DNA from: Victivallales bacterium
GTDB lineage: Bacteria > Verrucomicrobiota > Lentisphaeria > Victivallales > Victivallaceae
Length of the DNA stretch: 64,000 bases
Assembly (NCBI GenBank): GCA_963678305.2
Contig: CAXXVV010000008.1
Span: forward strand, 34,437 to 98,436
Reading direction: 5' to 3'
The notes beneath the pieces were generated by a model, which saw only the letters and a program-made list of their open reading frames with translations, was not told the origin of the DNA and did no database searches. Below are positions 10,486-19,684 of this stretch, piece after piece. Numbering within the stretch: position 1 is the first letter of the stretch; every line of letters starts with the position of its first letter. Made by a program: the position numbers and the translations under genes.

Positions 10486-10857
10486 TTGCTTTCTGCAATG
10501 GTTATCGTTCTTTTGTTTCCGGCGTTTTTTACTAATAGTGATCTCAAGCAGATAATGTATTCAATCACATTCAATAATGAAATTATATACTTTGGCTTTT
10601 ATGCTCTGGTTGCAGCTTTCATTTTAAAATCAGAAGCTGTTCTGGGGTTACGTGCCATTGCTTCACTTATCTGCAAATGTAACGACTGGATCATTGCGCG
10701 CCAAATGGAAAAAGCCCGCAACTCTTTACCTGTAATAGTTGGGCGTTATTGTTTTATCCGGATTATCTGCCGTATCGGCGGGGCGCAATTCCGGGATAAT
10801 TCAGAAGCCTTACAACCACCATTCCTATTTGCAGATCACCAGCTTTATTATTCATAG
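10486..10857 (+). CDS. Hypothetical small membrane protein (doubtful ORF)
   Basis: 123-aa ORF with a TTG start (ATG at 10498). It has two hydrophobic segments and then a Cys/Arg-rich tail. No recognisable RBS, and it lies in a low-GC region. Confidence 0.25.
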   Translation: MLSAMVIVLLFPAFFTNSDLKQIMYSITFNNEIIYFGFYALVAAFILKSEAVLGLRAIASLICKCNDWIIARQMEKARNSLPVIVGRYCFIRIICRIGGAQFRDNSEALQPPFLFADHQLYYS

Positions 10858-11005
10858 GATATGGAATATCTCTGGTTATTAATTTTCAGAAATGAAAATT
10901 GTTGCTACTCTACAGGCGACCGGCATCTCCCTCTGGATGCCGGTTGCCCCTAGCCTGATAACGAAGAATCAGTAAAATCAGGCTCTATATGATGAAAGGA
11001 AAAAA

Positions 11006-11524
11006 ATGAAACCATATTTACTTGTGCTGAGTACTGACTTTCGCGGGTTCAAATTCAATTTGGACAGCGAAACGATTACCTGCGGTCGTGATAAAGGCAA
11101 CACGATCCGGTTAGCTGACAAGACAGTTAGTTCCCAGCATTGTCTGTTCCATTACGATGAAAGTACTGGGATAGCTTCGCTGGAAGACCTTGGCAGTAAA
11201 AACGGGGTGTTTGTCAACAATATTCGGCGATTCGGGAAAACTGAAGTTAAAGGCGGTGACGTAATTCAGATCGGCTTGATCGAATGCATGATGGTCGATT
11301 CAGAAAACAGCGAATATGATACGGTCACCCGCGGAACCTGTCCTGATCTGGAATCAACGGTAGGTTCAATTAATACCGTAACCCTGACCAATCTTTCAAG
11401 GCTTTACGAAGGCGGCAAAAAGCGTGAAAAGCGGACAAATATGCTGCTGAATGGAACCCTCGGAGTGCTTGGGCTGGCAATTGTCGGTGTAATCAGTTTC
11501 CTCTTGTTCTTAATATTCAAATAA
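11006..11524 (+). CDS. FHA domain protein with a C-terminal TM anchor
   Basis: ITCGRDKGNTIRLADKTVSSQHCLF...LEDLGSKNGVFVNN is a canonical FHA core. The C-terminus LGVLGLAIVGVISFLLFLIF is a TM helix. Confidence 0.8.
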   Translation: MKPYLLVLSTDFRGFKFNLDSETITCGRDKGNTIRLADKTVSSQHCLFHYDESTGIASLEDLGSKNGVFVNNIRRFGKTEVKGGDVIQIGLIECMMVDSENSEYDTVTRGTCPDLESTVGSINTVTLTNLSRLYEGGKKREKRTNMLLNGTLGVLGLAIVGVISFLLFLIFK

Positions 11525-12665
11525 GATCGCAACCGTTTAAAACCAGTTTCTCAGTTTGTTTTTCCGGTTTGATTCTGAAAATGGAATAAGCCGCATCTGT
11601 CGATATGTGAACAATCTCTGCATCCGGGGATGTGGAAAGCATGTCGCAACCGCTTACTTTCAGAAACAAGCCATTGGGGTCGTGTTGTCTCATGACCTGC
11701 AAATAATCCGAAAAATCCAGCTCAATATTTTTTTCGTCGCATACCATTCGCGTTAACGCAAAATACGGAACAAGACGCCTGTGTTCGGCCGAATCGTGCG
11801 CCAGCATGGTGTCCGGCCTTGTATCCAAACTCAGCATAAAGTCAGCCCATTTCCTGATTACTTCCTGATTTCTGGCGGGATTTTCATGCAGCAGATTCGG
11901 CCAATGAACTCCAATTGTCACCGAGTCTTCCGCCATGCCTGGAGTACCGCCGATGACATACCAGTTATTATTGTCCATCCCCCGGGAAATTACCGGGACA
12001 CCATGGTCAACAAGCAGCAACTGGCTCCTTAAAGCAGATTTCAATGCAAAGGCTCCGAAGGGCTGATTTATATAATTCACACCATGCTTTGCCAGCAAAG
12101 AGATTACTCCGGAATCATCATCCTCGCCACAAACCAAAGCAAAAGCAGGCGGAATAAATGCTTTGGGTAAGGGTCCAAAATTATTTTGATCCATGATTTT
12201 TTGAAAAAATTCCAAATGTCGCAGTATTTCAGAGACAGGACGAGATTTATTAGTTTTTTGACAGCACCACTCTGCCCGGGTGAAAGTACCGTCAGGATGC
12301 CAGAATTCATGCCCAATGCCATGAATCAGCAATTCAAGATTCTCACGATTGTCATTGATAATTGCGCCCGCCTCATCAAGCTGCGGACCAACGTTAGCAG
12401 AGTTATCCCAATCGGCCCCCATCCAGGTAGCCGAAGGCAGTTCCCGAAGAATATTGGCGCGATCCCACTCACACAGGACCATCGCGGCAAGAGGCTTTGA
12501 ACCTGTCATACGGCCAAGATCGACCAGGGCCTGATAGTCAGCCGGTACATGGGAACGATTAATCCCGGTGCGATAAGGGCCATTTTGCAAAGAATCATCT
12601 GAACCCGACCACCAACCGACGTCGTCGACTACTAGTATAACCGGTTTTGGCAGCCAGGCCCGCAT
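11517..12665 (-). CDS. Hypothetical protein, possibly a NodB-fold (polysaccharide deacetylase-like) enzyme
   Basis: 382 aa. ILVVDDVGW (DD motif) and LLIHGIGHEFW (H-x3-H-like) resemble CE4/DUF2334 metal sites. No signal peptide. Last gene of the ECF module. Confidence 0.35.
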   Translation of the reverse strand: MRAWLPKPVILVVDDVGWWSGSDDSLQNGPYRTGINRSHVPADYQALVDLGRMTGSKPLAAMVLCEWDRANILRELPSATWMGADWDNSANVGPQLDEAGAIINDNRENLELLIHGIGHEFWHPDGTFTRAEWCCQKTNKSRPVSEILRHLEFFQKIMDQNNFGPLPKAFIPPAFALVCGEDDDSGVISLLAKHGVNYINQPFGAFALKSALRSQLLLVDHGVPVISRGMDNNNWYVIGGTPGMAEDSVTIGVHWPNLLHENPARNQEVIRKWADFMLSLDTRPDTMLAHDSAEHRRLVPYFALTRMVCDEKNIELDFSDYLQVMRQHDPNGLFLKVSGCDMLSTSPDAEIVHISTDAAYSIFRIKPEKQTEKLVLNGCDLI

Positions 12666-12671
12666 AGTTAA

Positions 12672-13223
12672 TTACCAACGCAAACTTGGGTCGGTTGTCA
12701 GATAACGGACCCGTTCTTCAACAATCTTGTCGGCATTCTTTTCCCGGTTGGCATTTTTTTCTTTCAGGTCAGCCAAAACCTTTTCCATTTTTCTGATACG
12801 AATTTTATTTTCGTGCAAACGTTTCATAAACTGTTTACGGGTCAATTCCGCCAGCTTCTTTTTTAATTCAGCTTGCTTCTTGGGATCTTTCTCCTGCTGA
12901 TATGCTCTGATCAGAACGTAAGTCTCCTTACTCTCCCGAGCCATCTTATCTCTTTTCCAGGCCGCTATTCTATTCCGGATTTCACGTTGAAACGCCTTAG
13001 GGTCTTGACGATAGAGTTGTTCAAGCCTTTTTCTTTCTGCCTCCGGCAGTTGGTTCAGAAAAGATGAATATTGAGATTTTCCGGGCACCTTCTTGTTACG
13101 CTTAGCTCCGGCTTTGGCTTTTTTCGCGTCATCATCGGCACTTTTATTTGTTTTTTTAGCAGTGGTATCCGCCGCGAAAGAAACTACAGCAGGAAGCAAA
13201 AGCATAATAAATAATTTTCTCAT
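12672..13223 (-). CDS. Secreted Lys/Glu/Arg-rich coiled-coil protein (Spy/CpxP-like in composition only)
   Basis: Signal peptide MRKLFIMLLLPAVVSFAADT, then highly charged helical sequence. I chose the ATG at 13223 over the TTG at 13232. Confidence 0.6.
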   Translation of the reverse strand: MRKLFIMLLLPAVVSFAADTTAKKTNKSADDDAKKAKAGAKRNKKVPGKSQYSSFLNQLPEAERKRLEQLYRQDPKAFQREIRNRIAAWKRDKMARESKETYVLIRAYQQEKDPKKQAELKKKLAELTRKQFMKRLHENKIRIRKMEKVLADLKEKNANREKNADKIVEERVRYLTTDPSLRW

Positions 13224-13244
13224 AATAACCAATCCTATTGCTAT

Positions 13245-13748
13245 TTATTTATCTTCAAAAAGTTTTTCGGTTTGTTTGTTAATCAGCTTGAATTCAGGTC
13301 GAGTATGACCTGAAGTAAGATCCCGTCGAACAATCTCAAGATTCGTTTCCAGGTACATCATATCGTTGTCAATCGACGAGGAGTGCCAGCTTATGTTGGC
13401 CTCATCCTGATCTTTCTCACTCAAACGGTAGTTGTAGGAGAGAACCAGCCAGGCGACCAGAAGCATACATGCGGCCGCCGCAGTAAAATAAATTATTTTA
13501 GTCAGAATGCTTGACGGACGACGCAGATTCTGTCGTCGGGAAAAAGCGTCACTCCGGCTGATGACCGCGAAATCAATCTCAGGGGATGTTCTACCGTCAT
13601 CCGGCAGGCGGACATTGCGCAGGGACATCCAGGCGGAAGCCAGCGCTTCACATTCCGGGCATCCGGCAATGTGGTCACAAGTTTCGCGATCCAGATGGCT
13701 GTCTGATGCCAGGATTATCGCTTTATATTTTTCGCATTCTTTATTCAT
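13245..13748 (-). CDS. Anti-sigma factor, zf-HC2 type, single-pass membrane
   Basis: MNKECEKYKAIILASDSHLDRETCDHIAGCPECEALASAW contains the H-x3-C-x2-C motif. A central TM (IIYFTAAAACMLLVAWLVL) is present. The ORF could instead start at 13790, overlapping the sigma gene. Confidence 0.75.
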   Translation of the reverse strand: MNKECEKYKAIILASDSHLDRETCDHIAGCPECEALASAWMSLRNVRLPDDGRTSPEIDFAVISRSDAFSRRQNLRRPSSILTKIIYFTAAAACMLLVAWLVLSYNYRLSEKDQDEANISWHSSSIDNDMMYLETNLEIVRRDLTSGHTRPEFKLINKQTEKLFEDK

Positions 13749-13759
13749 GGGATATCCAG

Positions 13760-14356
13760 TTAAAATTTTCCATGCGGGGTATTCCGCCATTCCAGCAACA
13801 ATTTTTGTAAATTTTTCAAGGCATATTGCATGCGGCCCAAAGCTGTGTTAACCGAACATTTTTGAATTTTCGCAATTTCCTTAAAACTTTCGCCATCGCG
13901 CCGGAGGAGAAATACCTCGCGCAACAACGGGTTCAACTTCTTAATCGCGGCACCGATCGCCACCGATAATTCATCGCGGTCAAGCGCCTGCCACGGCATG
14001 GCGCTGAAATCCGGCAAACTTATTCCGTCATCGGAATCTATAACCAGAGCTTCCGGCTGACGGCTGTTCTTCCTGAAATGGTCAATCGCCAAATTATGGG
14101 CAATCCGCAAAAGCCATGCCTGAAACCGGTTCCGACAGCGATAATGCCTTAAGCTGTTTATCGCTTTCAACCAGGTTTGCTGAAATAAATCATCAACCAG
14201 CGCATGCTGCCCCGGCAACATATTATTCAAGTACGAGTACAAGCGATTTTTATATCGATCATACAATACTTCAAAATCCAGATTATCACCGGACAAATAG
14301 CCGTTTATCAGCTCCATATCAGTCGCTTCTTTACGGTTTTTATCTGTTCCAGTCAT
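13760..14356 (-). CDS. RNA polymerase ECF-type sigma-70 factor
   Basis: Region 2 (FEVLYDRYKNRLYSYL...DLFQQTWLKA...FQAWLLRIAHNLAIDHFRK) and region 4 (REVFLLRRDGESFKEIAKIQKCSVNTALGRMQYALKNL). Confidence 0.9.
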   Translation of the reverse strand: MTGTDKNRKEATDMELINGYLSGDNLDFEVLYDRYKNRLYSYLNNMLPGQHALVDDLFQQTWLKAINSLRHYRCRNRFQAWLLRIAHNLAIDHFRKNSRQPEALVIDSDDGISLPDFSAMPWQALDRDELSVAIGAAIKKLNPLLREVFLLRRDGESFKEIAKIQKCSVNTALGRMQYALKNLQKLLLEWRNTPHGKF

Positions 14357-14406
14357 AATATAAAACGCTTTTCCAAGATGATTATTGTATTAAAAAAACC
14401 GGGAAT

Positions 14407-14832
14407 TTACACTTTTCCCTGATTATCACAACTTTTGAGCAGGAATTCCGCTGCCGCACGATCCGGTTCCAATAACTCGTATGCCGGGATTCCGGCCGGC
14501 TTAGACCAGACTATCTTCTGACCATGAACCGGCTTCGGAAACGAACCGTCAACCTGGCAGCACTCAATAAAATAAAGTCTCAACAAAGTGTCGTCATCCT
14601 TGTATTGTTCATATTCAAAAACAATCCGCGGCATCTGGATTTCCAAATCCAATTCTTCCAACAACTCACGTCTCAAACAACTTTCCGGCGTTTCCCCGTC
14701 TTCCAGTTTGCCACCGGGGAACTCCCACCAGCCGGCGTGATGCGAACCGGCAGGACGCCGGGCCAGCAAAATTTCACCATTCCGGCAAACAATTCCGGCA
14801 CTGACCTCAATTATTTTCAAATCTGCAGCCAA
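14407..14832 (-). CDS. Nudix hydrolase, MutT-like (8-oxo-dGTP diphosphatase family)
   Basis: Nudix box GGKLEDGETPESCLRRELLEELDL preceded by WEFPGG. Confidence 0.8.
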   Translation of the reverse strand: MAADLKIIEVSAGIVCRNGEILLARRPAGSHHAGWWEFPGGKLEDGETPESCLRRELLEELDLEIQMPRIVFEYEQYKDDDTLLRLYFIECCQVDGSFPKPVHGQKIVWSKPAGIPAYELLEPDRAAAEFLLKSCDNQGKV

Positions 14833-15674
14833 TCACGCATAAATTTCACATATTCCATATCGCGTTTGGCGGCAATGATGCCATCCCCCGGACACGCATA
14901 CTCAACCGTCACGACTCCGGACCGGACCGATTGACCGATTCGACTCAGGATATACGTGTTGTCGATATGACCTTCTTCAAGCCGGGTCGACATGAAAATA
15001 TCCTTCTTGTACATCAGGACATTTTTCAAATGAGCGTAATAAATCTTATCCTCTCCGATAGTATCAACCGCCTCCCGGGTATCGCAACCGTTCTTGTTGA
15101 TGACGATGTTCCCCATATCCAGATTGATACCGACCGCATCATGCCCGGTTTCCCGCAGCAGTCGCCGGCAGGCTTTCGGCAGGTCATGCAAGTAGCAGTT
15201 ATGCGTCTCAAGCGCGATCAACACTCCAAGTTCAGCGGCTCTGTCTCCAACAATATTCAATCCGGCTGCGGAACGTTCATAATTAATATCTTCAGCCATC
15301 CCGCTGCCGTTGCGATCAAACTCATAGTAATGAGCATCCGGACGAACCATAGCACCGGTAAAAAAATTCATTACCCGCGTACCGCAATTGTTTTTTGCCC
15401 ATTCCAGAAATTCCAGATAACTTTCCGTGTCACGTTTCACCTTGTCACGGTCATCGCCCATAAAATCCACCATTCCGCCAAATGACAGTTCAAGCTCCGG
15501 ATATTGATTTTTCAGCTCAATCACTTTGCGTTGATAGGCCGCCTGATCCATATCGTCATAAGCGTATTTCCAGCGCAATTCAATTCCGTCGTAACCATTC
15601 ATGTCGGCAATTTTAAACAGGTCGTCATATTTGCCCGGGCCTTCATGATAATTAACGTGGAGATAGACTTTCAT
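14817..15674 (-). CDS. Sugar phosphate isomerase/epimerase (xylose isomerase-like TIM barrel)
   Basis: 285 aa. YDGIELR, LIALETHN and AHLKN-type blocks are characteristic of the AP_endonuc_2 fold. Confidence 0.65.
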   Translation of the reverse strand: MKVYLHVNYHEGPGKYDDLFKIADMNGYDGIELRWKYAYDDMDQAAYQRKVIELKNQYPELELSFGGMVDFMGDDRDKVKRDTESYLEFLEWAKNNCGTRVMNFFTGAMVRPDAHYYEFDRNGSGMAEDINYERSAAGLNIVGDRAAELGVLIALETHNCYLHDLPKACRRLLRETGHDAVGINLDMGNIVINKNGCDTREAVDTIGEDKIYYAHLKNVLMYKKDIFMSTRLEEGHIDNTYILSRIGQSVRSGVVTVEYACPGDGIIAAKRDMEYVKFMRDWLQI

Positions 15675-15696
15675 AAGATAACTTTTCCTTTATTTA

Positions 15697-16674
15697 TTAT
15701 GTACCTTTTGGGGCATTATTGTCATAGAACCGGTTGGGCGCGATTTTGGCATACCACGGATATTTAGCCTGAAGTTCCGGCGAAGCATCGCGCGGAATAT
15801 TCTGAAAGCGCTTGTAGAACCATAAATATTGATCCGGATATTGTCGAATCATGTCCTCAGTCAGCTTCATATAATCGGAGATAATCTCTTCGTCAGTTTC
15901 ATATTCTTCCACCGGTTTAGGCAGTGATTTCATATAAGAATGCAGATGACCGGTTTCAGGATCACGATACACGCCGCCGAAGTAAGGAAAGTTCCCTTTG
16001 CGCTTACCCAGGGTGGCCGGCATTCTGCTGACCGGAACCGGCAGACCGAAAAAGTCTACGAACACCCCGCCGTCACGCACCCGGGTATTCTGGTCGATCA
16101 ATGATCCCAGCCCGTAGCCTTCTTTCATCGCTTTCATCACTTCCCTGACCGCACCTTTAGAGTAGATGACTTTATTTCCGGTTTCGCGGCAACCGTTAAC
16201 CAGCTTATTATAGAAGGGATTACCAATCGGCTTGGCGATAACGACAAAACGCATCCGGGTATAGTGAGTCATCAGCAAACCGGCGATTTCCCAATTCCCG
16301 AAATGCGGCGTCACGAATAAAATACTTTCTTTGCGGTCAGCATGGTAATTTATCTCTTCGGAATGATGCATATGAGCATATTTTTCAATTCTATTCATAT
16401 CATCAACCATCCAGAAGAACTCCGCAAAACCAAGAACCAGATTCCCCAGACTCCGTCGGGCGATCCCGCGACATTCCGCCGGTTTTTTATGAGGGAATGC
16501 CGCCGCCACATTAGCTGTGGTCAAACGTCCGATCGTCGGAATAAAATAAACGATGGACCCAATTGAACGAGCCAGACAACCCAAAGCTTTAAATGGCAGC
16601 AAACGCAAAACCTTTATCAGAATGAAGGCTGGAATATATTCAATTATATAACGAATTTGTTTAAGGAATTTCAC
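15697..16674 (-). CDS. Lipid A late acyltransferase / lysophospholipid acyltransferase (LpxL/HtrB family)
   Basis: 325 aa with an N-terminal TM, the catalytic-region block ILFVTPHFGNWEIAG, and a YPDQYLWFYKRF C-terminal block. Confidence 0.7.
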   Translation of the reverse strand: MKFLKQIRYIIEYIPAFILIKVLRLLPFKALGCLARSIGSIVYFIPTIGRLTTANVAAAFPHKKPAECRGIARRSLGNLVLGFAEFFWMVDDMNRIEKYAHMHHSEEINYHADRKESILFVTPHFGNWEIAGLLMTHYTRMRFVVIAKPIGNPFYNKLVNGCRETGNKVIYSKGAVREVMKAMKEGYGLGSLIDQNTRVRDGGVFVDFFGLPVPVSRMPATLGKRKGNFPYFGGVYRDPETGHLHSYMKSLPKPVEEYETDEEIISDYMKLTEDMIRQYPDQYLWFYKRFQNIPRDASPELQAKYPWYAKIAPNRFYDNNAPKGT

Positions 16675-17545
16675 GACGAATTTTTCTTTTTCTGGGAGCA
16701 GTGGTTAAACCGAAGCGATCACCGCCAATATGTCTTATCCCGTTGGCGTGCATAAAGTCATGCAGATCAGATTCGGCAATCTTTTGAATCAGATGAAGTC
16801 TGGCTTTTTCCATGCAGGCGATAATATCCGGTTTGCGAACGACCTCAACCGACAAATCGTTTTTCCAGTATATCAACCCCCAACCGTCCGCGATCTCATC
16901 AGGAGAAACGGTCCCGTCCGGCACTGCCAGATAAAGCAGATTAGCCACTCCGCTGCGACGAATCATTTCAAAGCGGCTGCCATTGTAAAGCGCCTTTTCA
17001 GTTTCCCTGATCTGTTTCATGCAGCGATGATAACTGCGGTTACCGCTTAATTCATAATCCCAATCAACATATTCGTCGAAGAGGTTATCATCGCGCCGCA
17101 ACTCCGGTTCCTGTTCTCGAATTATAGCTCGAAGCTGCTCTCTTTTCTCTTTCAGGGAACGTAATGTCGGCAGCAGCTTATCCTGATGCGAACACTCAGG
17201 CCAACACTCTTCGCGTCCCCGCCTGATCTCAATGATCGCAGTCCGCTCAGGCGTGAGATATCGACCTTTTTGAATAGACCAGAACGCGGCAATATCCGCC
17301 TGAAATTTGGAAACCCGGGTCGGAACTTTGAAGCCGATTCCCGTTGGTTCGCGTTTCAAAACCCATGCTGCCAGCGCCTGCCTGATTTCGCGGTTGGACA
17401 GATCATCTTCCTGATGAATCGTTACTTCTTCCTCATCGGTGGAACTCTCAGTAGAGTCAATTATTTCTGGAGTCTCTTGCGGTTCCTGTTTAACCCCCAT
17501 ATCTTCGAAAAAATCGAAACTCAACTGACTTTTTTCATCCGTCAT
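16661..17545 (-). CDS. Hypothetical protein with an acidic N-terminus and a PD-(D/E)XK-like (MmcB-like) core
   Basis: The start at 17545 has GAAGGA 8 nt upstream. Blocks FQADIAAF, AIIEIRRG and ANLLYLAVPDG...GWGLIY resemble the D...E-x-K strands and C-terminal block of MmcB-like nucleases, with a coiled-coil insert of about 60 aa. Confidence 0.45.
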   Translation of the reverse strand: MTDEKSQLSFDFFEDMGVKQEPQETPEIIDSTESSTDEEEVTIHQEDDLSNREIRQALAAWVLKREPTGIGFKVPTRVSKFQADIAAFWSIQKGRYLTPERTAIIEIRRGREECWPECSHQDKLLPTLRSLKEKREQLRAIIREQEPELRRDDNLFDEYVDWDYELSGNRSYHRCMKQIRETEKALYNGSRFEMIRRSGVANLLYLAVPDGTVSPDEIADGWGLIYWKNDLSVEVVRKPDIIACMEKARLHLIQKIAESDLHDFMHANGIRHIGGDRFGLTTAPRKRKIRREIP

Positions 17546-17611
17546 CCGGGCTATCCTTCTACAATTGTGCATTTATCCTTTAATCTAGCACAAAAAAACT
17601 GAAATTGCATT

Positions 17612-17652
17612 ACAAAAAAAAAGAAAAATGCCGGAAAAATCCGGCATTTTTC
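17612..17652 (-). terminator. Rho-independent (bidirectional-looking) terminator downstream of rpsA
   Basis: ATGCCGGA-aaaa-TCCGGCAT (17628-17647), flanked by an A-run on one side and a T-run on the other. On the minus strand the stem is followed by TTTTTCTTTTTTTTT. Confidence 0.8.
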
Positions 17653-17688
17653 AAATATATCAGTTTTCAAGTACTGAATATAAGCAGC

Positions 17689-19455
17689 TTATTTTTCTTC
17701 GCCGCCGATATCCAGACCGTCCAAACCATCCAGCTCGTCCATGGACTCACCAAAAACGGCGCCCATGTCAACCATTTCTTTGCCAGGCATAAGCTGGGTG
17801 AATTCTTCTTCAGCCGCCTTGAGGTCCTCTTCAGAGAAGTCCTCAGTAACCGCCTTGATAGAGAGACCGATACGACGTTCCTGCTCATCAATCTTGATGA
17901 CGCGGGCTTCGATATCCTGACCGATATTCAGAACATCTTTGACCTTTTCAACGCGATCTTTGCTGATCTGGGAAATATGGACCAGACCGTCAATCTTGTT
18001 GCTGAGTTCGACAAAGGCGCCGAAAGCAGTGATCTTGTTGACTTTACCGGTAACGATGTCACCAAGCTTGTAGAGTTCCTGGATATTGCTCCACGGATCG
18101 CCTTCAAGCTGTTTCAGGCCGAGAGAGATGCGCTGCTGTTCCGGATTGATGTCCAGAATGATGGCTTCGACTTCTTCGCCGGCTTTGAGAACTTCGTTCG
18201 GATTGTTGATCTTGCGAGTCCAGCTCATATCTGAAACGTGGATCATTCCGTCGATATCGTTTTCGATTTCGATGAATGCGCCATAGCTGGTCATATTGCG
18301 GACTTTGCCCTTGATCTTGCAGCCCGGAGGATATTTTTCCGCCAGAACTTCCCACGGATTGCGTTCTTTCTGACGCAGACCGAGAGAGATCTTCTTGCTG
18401 TCTTTGGAGATGTCGAGAACAACCGCTTCGACTTCTTCACCAACGCTGACGACATCGCCGGCTTTAGTGATACGTTTGGTCCAGGACATTTCTGAAACGT
18501 GGATCAAACCTTCAACGCCCTGTTCCAGTTCAACAAACGCGCCGTAAGGCATGATGTTGACAACCCGGCCCTTGACAACCGCGCCAACCGGATATCTTTC
18601 TTCAACCCGATTCCACGGATTTTCGCTTTTCTGCTTGAGACCCAGTGAAACGCGTTCTTTATCATAATCGATATCAAGAATAGTAACTTCGATTTCCTGA
18701 CCGATCTCAACCATTTCAGACGGATGAGAAATACGGCCCCAGCTCATATCGGTGATATGCAGCAGACCATCAATGCCGCCGAGGTCAATGAAAGCACCGA
18801 AATCGGTGATGTTTTTGACCACGCCGGGACGGACCTGACCCGCTTCCATATCTTCGAGCAGCTGAGAGCGTTTACCTTTACGGTCCTCTTCCAGCAGTTC
18901 ACGACGTGATACGACGATATTGCGACGATCGGTATTGATCTTGAGAATCTTGAATTCAAATTCCTGGCCGATGAAATCGTCCAGATTGCGAACCGGACCA
19001 ATATCAACCTGAGAACCAGGCAGAAAAGCTTCAACCCCGTTAAGGTCGACAATAACGCCGCCTTTAACGCGATGACGCATGATACCGGTAATAATATTAC
19101 CTTCCTCATGTTCGGAAGTAATGCGATTCCAGGCCTTGATTGATTCCGCTTTCTGCAGACTCAGGCCGGGCATGCTGTTTTCATTTTCAATTTCTTCGAG
19201 ATAAACATCAATTTTATCTCCGGGTTTGGCTTCTTCCCAGTTACGGAACTCTTCGGCAGAGACAAAACCTTCCGCCTTGTAGCCAATGTCAATCAGGGCG
19301 CCGTCATTGCGCTTTTCAACAATCTTACCGGAGATGATTGATCCTTCGGTAAACTCGTTCTTCTCTTCCTGCGCGAGCAGGTCGTCCATTGAAGGCATGT
19401 CGCTTAAATCAAGAAAGCTGACCTCTTCAACGGGGTTAATTGTTTCGTTACTCAT
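17689..19455 (-). CDS. rpsA: 30S ribosomal protein S1
   Basis: 588 aa with six consecutive S1 (OB-fold) repeats, each with G-x-V...GAF(I/V)(D/E)(L/I)...G(L/M)(L/I)H(I/V)S(D/E)(M/I)S. Confidence 0.95.
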   Translation of the reverse strand: MSNETINPVEEVSFLDLSDMPSMDDLLAQEEKNEFTEGSIISGKIVEKRNDGALIDIGYKAEGFVSAEEFRNWEEAKPGDKIDVYLEEIENENSMPGLSLQKAESIKAWNRITSEHEEGNIITGIMRHRVKGGVIVDLNGVEAFLPGSQVDIGPVRNLDDFIGQEFEFKILKINTDRRNIVVSRRELLEEDRKGKRSQLLEDMEAGQVRPGVVKNITDFGAFIDLGGIDGLLHITDMSWGRISHPSEMVEIGQEIEVTILDIDYDKERVSLGLKQKSENPWNRVEERYPVGAVVKGRVVNIMPYGAFVELEQGVEGLIHVSEMSWTKRITKAGDVVSVGEEVEAVVLDISKDSKKISLGLRQKERNPWEVLAEKYPPGCKIKGKVRNMTSYGAFIEIENDIDGMIHVSDMSWTRKINNPNEVLKAGEEVEAIILDINPEQQRISLGLKQLEGDPWSNIQELYKLGDIVTGKVNKITAFGAFVELSNKIDGLVHISQISKDRVEKVKDVLNIGQDIEARVIKIDEQERRIGLSIKAVTEDFSEEDLKAAEEEFTQLMPGKEMVDMGAVFGESMDELDGLDGLDIGGEEK

Positions 19456-19684
19456 GTTTGTTCTCTTGCTACCGTCACTCCGACGGCAACACCTTCGGGT
19501 TGCTTTTTATTATTTATGACTTTCTGTACTTCAAAAAGCCAACGGAACAAATAATATATCATATTCCACAGCAAAATGCAACTTTTTTAGCACGAAAAAC
19601 AGCGATTTATGACAACTTAACTTGTTTTTTTCAGGAAACTTACAATATTATTGGTATGATTCACCCAATCCAAGGAGAAAAGCA

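Noticed and set aside
13749-13790. The longer anti-sigma ORF start (13790), overlapping the sigma gene by 31 nt.
   Set aside because: The zf-HC2 domain normally begins within a few residues of the N-terminus. Starting at MNKEC (13748) fits this and removes the overlap. The longer form cannot be fully excluded.
17605-18234. A 209-aa plus-strand ORF, and several other ORFs of 60-120 aa, antisense to rpsA.
   Set aside because: These are shadow ORFs opposite a very well supported, highly conserved gene. The products are repetitive and low-complexity, mirroring the S1 repeats.
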